Assembly: GCA_947629555.1 (NCBI GenBank) | Contig: CANRED010000003.1 | Coordinates: forward strand, 8,564-72,563 | Length of the DNA: 64,000 bases | From: an uncultured Clostridia bacterium | GTDB lineage: Bacteria; Bacillota; Clostridia; TANB77; CAG-508 | Direction of reading: 5' to 3' | In this document: positions 11,128-21,847 of the stretch, piece after piece | Position numbering within the stretch: position 1 is the first letter of the stretch | How the letters are laid out: the number at the start of each line of letters is the position of its first letter | Notes under the pieces: model-generated | The model's input: the letters and a program-made list of their open reading frames with translations, nothing else | What the model was told of the DNA's origin: nothing | The model's database searches: none | Made by a program: the position numbers and the translations under genes

Positions 11128-12119
11128 TATTGTTTCATCATATATTCCATAATTTGAATTGCATTTGAAGCTGCACCTTTTCGAATATTATCTGCAACTA
11201 CCCATAAATTTATTCCAGAATTTACACTAAAGTCCCTACGAATTCTTCCAACAAAAACACTATCACTGCCAGTTGCATTAGTAGCTAATGGATATATATT
11301 ATTTTCTATATCATCTTCTACAATTATTCCCGGGCTATTACTTAAATCTTTTTTTAATTCATAAAGATTAAATTCGTTTTCAAATTCTACATTAATAGAT
11401 TCACTATGAGAGTTAAAAACAGGCACTCTAACTGCAGTTGCTGTTATTCTTAAGTCTGGTTTTTTTAATATTTTTCGTGTTTCATTTATCATTTTTTCTT
11501 CTTCTTTGGTATAAGAGTTATCTAAAAATACATCAATGTGTGGAAGACAATTATTAAATATAGGATGAGGAAATTTATTAGGCGCAATTCCTTTAATACC
11601 ATTTTCTAAGTCGTCAATTCCCATTTTTCCAGCACCTGAAACAGCTTGATAAGTTGAATAAACAATTCTTTTTATATTGTATTTGTCATCTAGTGGTTTT
11701 AGAGCTACAACAGCTTGAATAGTAGAACAATTTGGATTTGCAATAATTCCATGATGATTTGCAATTTCTTCTGGATTAACTTCTGGTACAACTAAAGGTA
11801 CATTTTCATTCATCCTAAAGGTGCTACTATTATCAATTACAACACAATTTTTTGATGCTGCAATGGGAGCAAATTTTTGAGAGGTTGACCCTCCTGCTGA
11901 AAATATTGCAAAATCAAAACCAGAATCAAACGAATCCTCTTTTAACTCTTGAACTTCATATTCTTTACCTTTAAATTCAATTATTTTACCCGCTGATTTT
12001 TTTGAAGCAAAAAAAACATATTTACTAACAGGTAAATCCTTTTGCTCTAAAATACTTATAGCAGTTCTTCCTACAACACCAGTAGCACCAACTATAGCAA
12101 CTTTATACTTCTTATCCAT
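11127..12119 (-). CDS. asd: Aspartate-semialdehyde dehydrogenase
   Basis: VGATGVVG, ANPNCST, DNIRKGAA. Confidence 0.97.
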   Translation of the reverse strand: MDKKYKVAIVGATGVVGRTAISILEQKDLPVSKYVFFASKKSAGKIIEFKGKEYEVQELKEDSFDSGFDFAIFSAGGSTSQKFAPIAASKNCVVIDNSSTFRMNENVPLVVPEVNPEEIANHHGIIANPNCSTIQAVVALKPLDDKYNIKRIVYSTYQAVSGAGKMGIDDLENGIKGIAPNKFPHPIFNNCLPHIDVFLDNSYTKEEEKMINETRKILKKPDLRITATAVRVPVFNSHSESINVEFENEFNLYELKKDLSNSPGIIVEDDIENNIYPLATNATGSDSVFVGRIRRDFSVNSGINLWVVADNIRKGAASNAIQIMEYMMKQ

Positions 12120-12248
12120 ATTTAACCTCCTAAAAAATGTAAAAATACTTTTCTAAAATATGTAATTAATATCGTAAAATTTATTGTATTATAAAAATAC
12201 TTATGATAGAATTTCATTAGTAAAATTTATTATTAGGAGTTTAAAAAT

Positions 12249-13454
12249 ATGACTGAAAAGGTATGGAATTTTATAGAGAAATATAAATTCATGATATTCT
12301 TCTTTATCATAACAGTAATTTCAATTTATGCACGAATTGCATTATTAGATTTTATATCAGGAGATTTCGAATATTGTGTGCAACCATGGTTTTATGAATT
12401 GAAAGAAAATGGAGGATTAAGTGCATTAAAACTAGATATAGGAAACTATAATTTACCATATTTAACAATTTTAGCGTTACTTACATATTTACCTATAGAA
12501 CCAATTGTATCTGTAAAAATGATATCAGTAATATGCGATTATATTTGTGCATTAACCATAATGAAAATGGTGTATATTATATTAAAAGATAACAAAAATA
12601 AAGATTTTTATGCATTAATAGCCTATGGAGTAATTTTATTCTTACCAACAGTTATATTAAATTCAGCATGTTGGGGACAAGCAGATTCAATATATGTAGC
12701 ATTTATGTTACTAGCACTTGCTAGTTTATTAGAAGAAAAATATTTAAAATCATTTATATACTTAGGAATATCGTTTGCATTTAAACTACAGTTCATATTT
12801 ATATTACCATTATTTGTTTTAGTATATATTGCAAAAAGAAAATTCCCTTTATATTATTTCTTTATAATACCACTAGTAAATATGGTAATGTGTTTACCAG
12901 CAATTATTTTTGGAAAACCAATTTCTAGTTGTATAGACATATATATAAATCAAGCTTCACAATATAACGCATATTTAAGTATGAATTTTCCAGGTATATA
13001 TAATTTGTTTTTCCCTACTAATATGTATAATTATGTAGAAGCGCCAAATGAATTTATTTCAAAAGTAGGAATAATGGCTACATTATTTGTATTTGTAATA
13101 ATAGCATTTATGGTATTATATAAAAAAATAAAATTTAATAAACAACAAATTATAGAATTTGGATTATTATCAATAATGATTGCTACATTTTTATTGCCAC
13201 ACATGCACGATAGATACTTATTTGCCGGTGATATATTAAGTGTATTGTATTTAGTATATAATAAAGATAAAATATATGTACCAATAGGTATTTCCCTAAT
13301 ATCTATGTATGGATATACAGGATTTTTATTTGAAGGAAGTCCAATTCCAATACAATATTTAAGTTTTATGTATTTAATATTAATAGTATTAGTTGCAAAA
13401 GATATTTATAATAAATATTTTAAAGAAGAAATAGAAGAAGTTAAAATAAATTAA
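12249..13454 (+). CDS. Multi-pass membrane glycosyltransferase (GT-C, mannosyltransferase-like)
   Basis: GNYNLPY, NSACWGQADS, KLQ, PHMHDRY; many TM segments. Confidence 0.75.
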   Translation: MTEKVWNFIEKYKFMIFFFIITVISIYARIALLDFISGDFEYCVQPWFYELKENGGLSALKLDIGNYNLPYLTILALLTYLPIEPIVSVKMISVICDYICALTIMKMVYIILKDNKNKDFYALIAYGVILFLPTVILNSACWGQADSIYVAFMLLALASLLEEKYLKSFIYLGISFAFKLQFIFILPLFVLVYIAKRKFPLYYFFIIPLVNMVMCLPAIIFGKPISSCIDIYINQASQYNAYLSMNFPGIYNLFFPTNMYNYVEAPNEFISKVGIMATLFVFVIIAFMVLYKKIKFNKQQIIEFGLLSIMIATFLLPHMHDRYLFAGDILSVLYLVYNKDKIYVPIGISLISMYGYTGFLFEGSPIPIQYLSFMYLILIVLVAKDIYNKYFKEEIEEVKIN

Positions 13455-13493
13455 ATGTTGAAAAAAGTATATTAATATGATATAAATTATTGG

Positions 13494-14525
13494 GTGAGTT
13501 TTTTGAAAAAAAACATAAAAGATTATAATTTAGATGACTTAAAAAATGAATTTATAAAATTAAATGAAAAAGCATATAGAGCAGAACAAGTTTTTAAATG
13601 GGTACATGAAACTAATGTAACTAGTTTTGATGAGATGACTAACATTTCATTAGAACTACGTGAAAAACTAAAAGAAGAGTTTGATTTATGTATATATAAA
13701 ATAATAAAAAAACAAGAATCAAAAGATGGAACAAAAAAATATTTATTTGATGTATTAGATGGAAACGCTATAGAAACTGTTCTTATGGAATACAAACATG
13801 GAAAGTCAATATGCGTTTCAACTCAAATTGGATGTAAAATGGGGTGCAAATTTTGTGCATCTACTGGAATTGCTTTTGTAAGAAGTTTAACACCAGGAGA
13901 AATTATAGAACAAGTATTGGCAGTACAAAGAAATGAAAACATTAAGATTTCAAATTTAGTATTTATGGGTATAGGCGAACCATTAGATAATTATGATAAT
14001 GTAATGAAAGCAATTAAAATATTAAACAACCCTAAGGGAATTAATATGGGAGCAAGACATATAAGCATATCAACAAGTGGACTAGTTCCTAGAATATATG
14101 ATTTAGCAGACCAAAATATACAATGTACTTTATCTATATCGTTACATGCAACAACAGATGAAAAAAGAAGTGCTTTAATGCCAATAAATAATGTTTATAA
14201 CATATCAGAATTAATGAAGGCTTGTAAATATTATATTCAAAAAACAAATAAAAGAATATCTTTTGAATATGCTTTAGCAAAAGATAATAATGATAATTTA
14301 GAAGATGCAAAACAATTAGTGAAACTATTAAGAGGAATGCTGTGTCATGTAAATTTAATACCTATAAATAAAATTGAAAGTGGAAAATTTACAAAGAGTA
14401 CAAATGAAAACATATTGAAATTTAGAGATTATTTAAATGATAATGGAATAGTGGCAACAGTTAGAAGAGAACTAGGCTCAGACATAGATGCTGCATGTGG
14501 ACAACTTAGGAGAAAAAACTTGTAA
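13494..14525 (+). CDS. rlmN: Dual-specificity rRNA/tRNA methyltransferase RlmN (radical SAM)
   Basis: CKMGCKFC, FMGIGEP, DIDAACGQL. Confidence 0.96.
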   Translation: MSFLKKNIKDYNLDDLKNEFIKLNEKAYRAEQVFKWVHETNVTSFDEMTNISLELREKLKEEFDLCIYKIIKKQESKDGTKKYLFDVLDGNAIETVLMEYKHGKSICVSTQIGCKMGCKFCASTGIAFVRSLTPGEIIEQVLAVQRNENIKISNLVFMGIGEPLDNYDNVMKAIKILNNPKGINMGARHISISTSGLVPRIYDLADQNIQCTLSISLHATTDEKRSALMPINNVYNISELMKACKYYIQKTNKRISFEYALAKDNNDNLEDAKQLVKLLRGMLCHVNLIPINKIESGKFTKSTNENILKFRDYLNDNGIVATVRRELGSDIDAACGQLRRKNL

Positions 14526-14537
14526 AGAGGTGAAGTA

Positions 14538-15267
14538 ATGAAAGTATTAGCAACAACAGACAAGGGAATGGTTAGAGAAATGAATCAAGATTATTACTAT
14601 ATTTCTCAAGGTGATGGCGAATTCAATTTATACATATTAGCAGATGGTATGGGTGGTTACAATGGTGGAGAAATAGCAAGTAAATTAGCAGTAGATTCGG
14701 TAAAAGAATATATACAAGCAAATATAGAAAGTACAGAGAAGAATAGAGATGCATTGCAAAAGTTAATAGATGATGCTATGAAGTATGCCAATAAAATAGT
14801 ACATGATAAGTCAAAGACTGATATAAATTTAGAAGAAATGGGTACTACATTAGAGGTATGTTTAATATATAATAATAAGGTATATATTGGACATATTGGA
14901 GATAGTAGAGTATATAGATTAAGAAAAAATATTATAAGAAAACTAACTACAGATCACAGTTATGTAGAAAAGTTAGTTAAGGACGGAACAATTACAAGAG
15001 AAGAAGCGTATCATCATCCAAAAAAGAATATGCTAATAAAAGCGCTAGGATGTGAAGAAAATATTGAGCCAGATGTTATGGTAAAAGGATTTTTAAAAGA
15101 TGATATACTTTTAATATGTTCAGATGGTTTAACCAATTTATTAAATGATAAAGAAATCTACGAAGTAATAACAAATAATTTAGAAAATGCAGATAAATTA
15201 TTAATTCAAGTAGCAAATTCAAGAGGACGGATATGATAATGTAACAGCAATAATAGTAGAAAATTAA
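14538..15267 (+). CDS. stp: PP2C-type Ser/Thr phosphatase (Stp1/PrpC) with +1 frameshift at CGG 15228
   Basis: NQD, ADGMGG, HIGDSR, CSDGL; final motif RG-GYDNVTAIIV only in +1 frame; 242 aa joined; upstream of pknB. Confidence 0.92.
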
Positions 15268-15318
15268 AAAATAAATACAAATTTACATATAAACATCAAA
15301 TTTAAGGAGAGATGTAAA

Positions 15319-17364
15319 ATGAATTTAGAAGGTAGATTATTAGGAAATAGGTATGAAATAATTAGACAAATAGGAAATGGTGGAATGGCAACTGTATACA
15401 AAGCAAAATGCCATGTACTAAATAGATTTGTAGCAGTAAAAGTTTTGAAGGATGAATATACTACAGATAGCGAATTTATAAAAAGATTTAATGTAGAAGC
15501 ACAAGCTGTTGCAAGTTTAACACATCCTAATATTGTTTCTGTATATGATGTAGGTAAAGAGGATAATTTATATTATATTGTAATGGAATTAGTGCAAGGA
15601 AAAACTTTAAAAGAAATTATAAAAGAAGATGGGGCTTTATCTTGGAAATGGTCTGTAAATGTAGCAATACAAATTGCATCAGCATTAGAGGCTGCTCATA
15701 AAAATAATATAGTGCATAGAGATATCAAACCACATAATATAATAATAACAGAAGATGGAATTGCAAAAGTTACAGATTTTGGAATAGCAAAAGCAGTATC
15801 AAACTCAACAATAACAGCCTTTGGAACAACAATAGGATCAGTACACTATTTCTCTCCAGAACATGCAAGAGGTGGATATACAGATGCAAAATCAGATATC
15901 TATTCATTAGGTGTTGTTTTATATGAAATGCTTACAGGAAGAGTACCTTTTGATGCAGATACACCAGTATCTGTAGCATTAAAACACATGCATGAACAAC
16001 CAGTAGAACCAATAAAAATAAATCCGTCAATACCAATTAGCGTAAATAAAATAGTATTAAAGGCAATGCAAAAGGATCCAAATAGCAGATATAGTACAGC
16101 AACAGAAATGTTAAGAGATTTAAATACAGCGTTAAAAAATCCAGATGGAGATTTTGTAAGAATAAATAGGATGCAAAATGATTTTCCAACACAGCATATG
16201 CCACTTATTTATGATAAAACTTTAGAAGAAAAAATAAAAGATAGAGATAATCAAATGAATTATGGAGCACAAGTAAAAACTAAAAAACAAGAAAATAAAA
16301 TAGCTAAATTTTTTAAAACACATAAAGCAGCTGGAGTTGCTACTATAATACTTGGAGCTATATTGCTATTTGTGATTGTTATGATGATTACAATGTCTGC
16401 TATGAAAAGTGGAATCACACCAGAAGTAGAAATACCAGACTTAGTAAAAATGTCTAAAGAAGAAAATAAAACCGTTGAAGAACTACAACAATATGTACAA
16501 AGCTTAAAATTAAAGATAGAAATAGAACAAGAGTATAATGCTGAAGTAGAAGAAGGAAAAGTTATAAAGCAAGAGCCAACATCTGGAATAACGTATGATA
16601 ACAGAAAGAAAACAGCTAAAGAGGGAGATACAATAAAAATTTGGGTAAGCAAGGGAGAAAAAATTGTATCTGTACCAGATTTATTAGTAGGAAAAGCAAA
16701 AGAAGAAGTAGAAGCAAAAATTGAAGAAAGTGAATTAAAGGTAGAAATAGTAGAAGAAAATAGCGATAAAATGGAATCTGGAAAAGTAATTAAAGTAGAG
16801 CCAGCGGAAAAAACAGAAGTTGCAGCAGGAAGTACAGTAAAAGTATATGTAAGCATAGGTGTTGAACAAAAAGAAGTACCGAACTTAATTGGAAAAACAG
16901 AAGCAGAAGCTAAAGAAGCTATAGTAGCAGCAGGACTTAAATATACCGCAACTCTAAATAAATCAGATTCAAGCAAACCAAATAATACAATAATAGAACA
17001 AAGTATTGTTCCTGGAAGTGTAGTTGATAAAGATACAGGTATAACAATAACATTAAATCAATTTGATGAATACAAAACAGGAAGCATTAATGTTAATGTT
17101 TCAGCAATTCTTGGCGGATATACTGTAAAATATGATGAAGAGGGAAATGCTATACAACCTAAATCAGTTCAAGTTATATTACTTTTAGATGGTAAGGAAT
17201 ATGCAACACAAAATACAACTGAGGACAATACAAGTTGTAAATTTTCAATAGATTCTACAGGTTCAAAACCAGTTACTATTCAAATAAAATCTGAATCAGG
17301 CAGTGTGCTAGCAACAAAAACTGTACCATCATTTACTGCAGGAGAAAGTAAAAATATACCATAA
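15319..17364 (+). CDS. pknB: PASTA-domain Ser/Thr kinase PknB/PrkC
   Basis: GNGGMATV, HRDIKPHN, DFG, TM helix, PASTA repeats. Confidence 0.96.
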   Translation: MNLEGRLLGNRYEIIRQIGNGGMATVYKAKCHVLNRFVAVKVLKDEYTTDSEFIKRFNVEAQAVASLTHPNIVSVYDVGKEDNLYYIVMELVQGKTLKEIIKEDGALSWKWSVNVAIQIASALEAAHKNNIVHRDIKPHNIIITEDGIAKVTDFGIAKAVSNSTITAFGTTIGSVHYFSPEHARGGYTDAKSDIYSLGVVLYEMLTGRVPFDADTPVSVALKHMHEQPVEPIKINPSIPISVNKIVLKAMQKDPNSRYSTATEMLRDLNTALKNPDGDFVRINRMQNDFPTQHMPLIYDKTLEEKIKDRDNQMNYGAQVKTKKQENKIAKFFKTHKAAGVATIILGAILLFVIVMMITMSAMKSGITPEVEIPDLVKMSKEENKTVEELQQYVQSLKLKIEIEQEYNAEVEEGKVIKQEPTSGITYDNRKKTAKEGDTIKIWVSKGEKIVSVPDLLVGKAKEEVEAKIEESELKVEIVEENSDKMESGKVIKVEPAEKTEVAAGSTVKVYVSIGVEQKEVPNLIGKTEAEAKEAIVAAGLKYTATLNKSDSSKPNNTIIEQSIVPGSVVDKDTGITITLNQFDEYKTGSINVNVSAILGGYTVKYDEEGNAIQPKSVQVILLLDGKEYATQNTTEDNTSCKFSIDSTGSKPVTIQIKSESGSVLATKTVPSFTAGESKNIP

Positions 17365-17375
17365 TTAAACTGTTA

Positions 17376-17405
17376 TAAAGGAACGGCATTGTTGTCGTTC
17401 CTTTG
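17376..17405 (+). terminator. Hairpin after pknB (terminator-like or degenerate REP)
   Basis: AAAGGAACGGCA-ttgt-TGTCGTTCCTTT. Confidence 0.5.
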
Positions 17406-17435
17406 CAATAAGAATAAACTAAAAGGAGGAAAATA

Positions 17436-18095
17436 ATGTACTTATCAACTTCAATATTATCTGTAGAGGAAAAAAATCCAGTTAGAATATTTTATAATTT
17501 GGAAGAGGCAAAAACAGACTATTTTCATATTGATGTAATGGATGGACAATTTGTAGAAAAAGATACAAATAAACAAATGTTAGAATATTGTGGTATTATA
17601 AAGCAAATATCAAATTTACCATTAGATATTCATTTTATGGTAAATGAGGTAAAAAAATATATAGATGAATATGCAAAATTTGAACCTGATATAGTAACTT
17701 TTCATTATGAAAGCTGTAAATCGGATGAAGAAGTTATGGAATTAATAAAATGTATAAAGGAAAACAACATAAAGCCAGGATTATCAATAAAACCAAATAC
17801 AGAAGTAGAAAAAATATATAAATTTTTACCATATATACATTTAGTTTTAATAATGACTGTTGAGCCAGGAAAAGGCGGACAAGCATTGATACCAGAAACG
17901 TTAACCAAAATAAAGCAAATGAAAGAACATATTAATAAAGAAAATTTAGATACATATATAGAGGCAGATGGTGGAATTAATTTAGAAACAGTAAAAGATG
18001 TGACAAACGCAGGAGCTGATATTATAGTTGTAGGTAGTGCAATAACAAAATCTGAAAAACCAAAAGAAATTATACAAAAATTAAAAAGATTTTAA
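17436..18095 (+). CDS. rpe: Ribulose-phosphate 3-epimerase
   Basis: HIDVMDG, MTVEPGKGGQ, ADGGIN, VVGSAI. Confidence 0.95.
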   Translation: MYLSTSILSVEEKNPVRIFYNLEEAKTDYFHIDVMDGQFVEKDTNKQMLEYCGIIKQISNLPLDIHFMVNEVKKYIDEYAKFEPDIVTFHYESCKSDEEVMELIKCIKENNIKPGLSIKPNTEVEKIYKFLPYIHLVLIMTVEPGKGGQALIPETLTKIKQMKEHINKENLDTYIEADGGINLETVKDVTNAGADIIVVGSAITKSEKPKEIIQKLKRF

Positions 18096-18170
18096 GATTA
18101 TTTAAAAAATATAAAAATAAAATGAATAAAATATTAATCTCATAAAATAATAAGCTAGAGGTGATTTTTT

Positions 18171-18308
18171 ATGACAAATATAAATTGCTCTTCTAGTTGC
18201 TTATACCAAAAGGACGGAAAGTGTACATTAGAAGATATATCTATTAAAAATATAACCCCATCAACAGACTGTATATATTTTACTAAAAAAATAAATACAA
18301 AGAAATAA
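18171..18308 (+). CDS. Small four-cysteine protein (45 aa, DUF1540-like), below ORF-track cutoff
   Basis: GAGGTG RBS; MTNINCSSSCLYQKDGKCTLEDISIKNITPSTDCIYFTKKINTKK. Confidence 0.7.
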   Translation: MTNINCSSSCLYQKDGKCTLEDISIKNITPSTDCIYFTKKINTKK

Positions 18309-18377
18309 AGTGTATTGACAAAATAATGGTAAAGATATATTATATGAGAGAAAAACGGAAGAAGGAGAGATAAAAAA

Positions 18378-19403
18378 ATGATTAAATCAAAATTAAAAGT
18401 AGTATTAATATTATTTTTAACATTAATTTTAGTATCTACAGGTGTATTAGCTACAGATACTAATGCAACAGATGAACCAGTTGCAACTAGTGAAACAAAT
18501 CCAGAAAATACAGCAGAAGGAGATGCAACAACAACAGATGATGCAACAACATCAGAAGAGGAAATATCAGAAGAAGATATAAAAAATATAGATAAATTTT
18601 ATTCAGGTGAGAATGTTGAAATATCTGATTTGGTTAATGGAAATGTTTTTGCAATAGGAAAAAATGTAAAATTAACTGGAAAAATAAATGGTGACTTTTT
18701 TGTTATTGCTGAAAACTTAACAATAAATCCAGACAATACAGAAGCTTTTTGTGGAAATCTTTTTGCAGTGGCTTCAGAAATAAATATGGATGGTGGAGCA
18801 TACGATGCATATTTAGTATGTGATAAGTTTAACTTAGAATATAATGGAGTAATAGATAGAGATTTAAGAGTAACAGCATCAGAAATAAATTTAAATGGTA
18901 TAGTTGGAAGAAATGCTTATTTAGAAACAAATAAATTAGTATTAGATACATATTTCTTATCAGGAGGAAATGTAAATTATACAGCACAAACTGAAGCAGT
19001 ATATATGCAACTTGGTGAAGATGGTGAAACTGCAACAGAAACAACTACAATTCCAACAGATATTATGAGAAATGGCGGAACTGTAAATTATACTCATAGA
19101 GACAAAAAAATATTAAAAAGTGAAGTAAAAAAATCAATAACTAAAATTTTAAATAATAGTAAAGTAAAAGACGGATTAACAGAAGAAGAAGCAAAAGCTA
19201 TTATTGCATCATTTATATTTAGTAATTTTAATGTAAAATCAAATAGTGAATTAGTTAAAAATGCTAAAAGTGGAGTTGTAGTTCCAGCAGTATATATATA
19301 TATAAACGTAATAGTAATAATAGCATTAGTACTTGCGCTAATCTTACCAAAAATAAATAAAACAAAAAAAGAACCAACTAGCAAAGAAGAAAATAAAGAA
19401 TAA
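18378..19403 (+). CDS. Exported, membrane-anchored protein with beta-helical (bactofilin-like) repeats
   Basis: Signal peptide, T/E-rich linker, VNGNVFAIG/INGDFFVIA repeats, C-terminal TM; TTGACA-17-TATTAT promoter at 18315. Confidence 0.7.
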   Translation: MIKSKLKVVLILFLTLILVSTGVLATDTNATDEPVATSETNPENTAEGDATTTDDATTSEEEISEEDIKNIDKFYSGENVEISDLVNGNVFAIGKNVKLTGKINGDFFVIAENLTINPDNTEAFCGNLFAVASEINMDGGAYDAYLVCDKFNLEYNGVIDRDLRVTASEINLNGIVGRNAYLETNKLVLDTYFLSGGNVNYTAQTEAVYMQLGEDGETATETTTIPTDIMRNGGTVNYTHRDKKILKSEVKKSITKILNNSKVKDGLTEEEAKAIIASFIFSNFNVKSNSELVKNAKSGVVVPAVYIYINVIVIIALVLALILPKINKTKKEPTSKEENKE

Positions 19404-19417
19404 ATAAAAATAAATAA

Positions 19418-19448
19418 AAAGAAAAGAAGCTTTGCTTCTTTTCTTTTT
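19418..19448. terminator. Bidirectional terminator
   Basis: AAAGAAAAGAAGC-ttt-GCTTCTTTTCTTT between convergent genes. Confidence 0.8.
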
Positions 19449-20076
19449 ATTTATTTTTATCACAATATTTATTCAAAGGACATTCATTACATTTAGGATT
19501 TCTTGATGTACATAAATTTCTTCCATGATATACTAACAAATGGTTAACGTCTTTTAAATACTCTTTTGGTATTTGCTTTAATAAATCTTGTTCGACTTTG
19601 TCTGGGTCTGTATTGCTAGACAAACCTATTCTGCGTGCAATTCTTTTTGCATGAGTATCAACAGCGATTCCACAAGGTGAATCAAAAGCATTAAGCATAA
19701 TAACATTAGCAGATTTCCTACCAATACCAGGAAGAGTCATTAATTCTTCCATAGAATGTGGTACCTTTCCATTATAATCAGAAACAATTTTTTTAGCACA
19801 CTCTTTTAAATGTTTAGCTTTAGTTTTATAAAAACCACAAGGATAAATTAATTTTTCTAATTCAAAAATATCAATATTTACAAAATCTTGTGGAGTAGAA
19901 TATTTAGAGAAAATTGATGGAGTGGTTTTATTAACTCTTTCATCAGTACATTGTGCAGAAAGCATAACACTAACAACTAATTCAAAAGGAGTTGTAAAGT
20001 CTAAGCTGCACTTTGCTTCAGGGTATGTATTTTTTAAAATTTTTATAATATTTGTAGCTTCACTTTTTTTCTTCAT
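19447..20076 (-). CDS. nth: Endonuclease III
   Basis: LSAQCTD, HhH LPGIGRKSA, AVDTH, C-terminal 4Fe-4S cysteines; start moved to the ATG after GGAGG. Confidence 0.95.
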   Translation of the reverse strand: MKKKSEATNIIKILKNTYPEAKCSLDFTTPFELVVSVMLSAQCTDERVNKTTPSIFSKYSTPQDFVNIDIFELEKLIYPCGFYKTKAKHLKECAKKIVSDYNGKVPHSMEELMTLPGIGRKSANVIMLNAFDSPCGIAVDTHAKRIARRIGLSSNTDPDKVEQDLLKQIPKEYLKDVNHLLVYHGRNLCTSRNPKCNECPLNKYCDKNK

Positions 20077-20180
20077 ATAAAACCTCCAGTTAAGTAACAT
20101 AATTTTATATAATGAATATAATAATATAAAGATATGCCTAAAGCGACAATAATTTTACCTTTAGAAAGGAAGGAGAAAAA

Positions 20181-20327
20181 ATGAAAATTTTAAGGAAAAC
20201 ACTTGCTGTGTGTTTAATTGGATTTGGTCTTGGAGTACTAATGGTAATATTACTTCCTTTTACAGGTTGGCTTTTCCTAATAGGAATAGTAATTATTGCA
20301 GTAGGGTTTATGTGGTTAACATGTTAA
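20181..20327 (+). CDS. Small two-TM membrane protein (48 aa)
   Basis: AAGGAG RBS; MKILRKTLAVCLIGFGLGVLMVILLPFTGWLFLIGIVIIAVGFMWLTC. Confidence 0.75.
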   Translation: MKILRKTLAVCLIGFGLGVLMVILLPFTGWLFLIGIVIIAVGFMWLTC

Positions 20328-20398
20328 AGTATTGGATGTTGTTCCGGAAAAATCTTCGACTTTTCCTATGCAATAAAAAACAAAGGAGAGTGGTGAAA

Positions 20399-20473
20399 AT
20401 GACAATAGTAGTAAAAAAAGTCCCTAAGTTTTTAAGAGGATTTGTAAAATTAATTTTCAGAATAAAAGACTAA
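20399..20473 (+). CDS. spoVM: Stage V sporulation protein SpoVM (24 aa)
   Basis: MTIVVKKVPKFLRGFVKLIFRIKD with the PKFL.G amphipathic motif; AGGAG RBS; convergent with rpmB as in Bacillus. Confidence 0.85.
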   Translation: MTIVVKKVPKFLRGFVKLIFRIKD

Positions 20474-20527
20474 TACATAGTCTAAAAACAAAAAAATAGG
20501 TTTAAAACCTATTTTTTCATTTAATAA

Positions 20528-20725
20528 TTAAGCTCTTGTTACTTTTCCATTTTTTAAGCATTTAGCACATACAGTAATTCTTTTTGGTTCACCATTGATT
20601 ATAGCTTTTACAGTTCTTAAATTAGGTTTCCAAGTTCTTGTTGATCTTTTACTTATATGTGAACGAGTAATGCTAAGTTTATTACCAAAGTTAATTGATT
20701 TTTCACAGATTTCACATTTTGCCAT
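20528..20725 (-). CDS. rpmB: 50S ribosomal protein L28
   Basis: MAKCEIC...RTWKPNL...CAKCLK. Confidence 0.95.
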   Translation of the reverse strand: MAKCEICEKSINFGNKLSITRSHISKRSTRTWKPNLRTVKAIINGEPKRITVCAKCLKNGKVTRA

Positions 20726-20870
20726 AATATTACACCTCCTACAGTTATATTAATCATGACTAAACTAAAGTTTAACATATATTCAAAAAAAAAACAAGAC
20801 TTTTATGAAAAAAAACGTAAAAATATATGAAAAGGTTTAAAATTGAGCTTAATATATAAGGGAGGTTAGT

Positions 20871-21761
20871 ATGTTTGATTATCATTATGATTTATTAACA
20901 GAGGTATATCTAAATAGAAATAATATACAGAAGTTAAAAGATAAATATAAAACAGTATATAACGAAAACAATATAACAGGAGGAATTTTTAATTTATTTT
21001 TTATGAGTGAAAAAGAAATGGAAGAAGATTTAGGAATATCAAAAAAAGAAATAAATCTAAAAGAAATGCTTTTTACAGTACATAAAATAATTGATGAAAA
21101 TAAACTTATACCAGAAAATATTAATTATGTTTATGGAATAGAAGGCTTGGATTATCTAGAAAAATTAGAGGATGTTGAATATTTATATAATTTAGGTGTA
21201 AGAAGTACAAATATAGTGTGGAATAATGAAAACAAGTTTGGTGGAGGGGCAAAGGCATCACCTAATGTAGGACTTACATCTTTAGGTAGAGGTTTAGTGA
21301 ATAAATTAGTAGAATGTGATATAACCATAGATTTATCACATGCAAATGAAAAAACATTTTTTGATATAACAGATTATTTATTTTATTTAAGAGATAAAGG
21401 AAAAAAAGTAAAAGTAATTGCATCGCATTCAAATTCAAAAAAATTATGTGATGTTCCAAGAAATTTAACAGACGAACAGCTATTAACAATTAAAAAACTA
21501 AATGGCATAGTAGGTATTGTGGGGGTTAAGAAGTTTTGTAAAATAGGTAATGAAAATGATGTAACAATAGATGATTATTTAAAACATATAGAATATATAT
21601 CAAATTTATTTGGAGACACAAAAAATATTGGAATTGCAACAGATGATATGAGCTATTATCCAGTAAATGTGGAATATAACAGAACAATGAATTTATTTGG
21701 AATAGAAAATGTAAAACAAATATTACCAAATATAAAATCAGAAATGCCAGAATTACTTTAA
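20871..21761 (+). CDS. Membrane dipeptidase family (M19) protein
   Basis: FDYHYD, IEG, WNNEN, IDLSH, ASHSN, RNLTD, GIATD; C-terminus looks short. Confidence 0.8.
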   Translation: MFDYHYDLLTEVYLNRNNIQKLKDKYKTVYNENNITGGIFNLFFMSEKEMEEDLGISKKEINLKEMLFTVHKIIDENKLIPENINYVYGIEGLDYLEKLEDVEYLYNLGVRSTNIVWNNENKFGGGAKASPNVGLTSLGRGLVNKLVECDITIDLSHANEKTFFDITDYLFYLRDKGKKVKVIASHSNSKKLCDVPRNLTDEQLLTIKKLNGIVGIVGVKKFCKIGNENDVTIDDYLKHIEYISNLFGDTKNIGIATDDMSYYPVNVEYNRTMNLFGIENVKQILPNIKSEMPELL

Positions 21762-21847
21762 TTTATGTGAAAAAACACCATGTTTAAAAATTTAAAAATT
21801 AGTCTTGAAATTACATAAAAAATATGATATTATATTAGCCATATTGA

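Noticed and set aside
20210..20473. 87-aa ORF from the track
   Set aside because: Better explained by a 48-aa membrane peptide in another frame plus spoVM at the 3' end, each with its own RBS.
21700..21800. Hidden frameshift extending the short dipeptidase C-terminus
   Set aside because: No CGG and no recognisable continuation in other frames.
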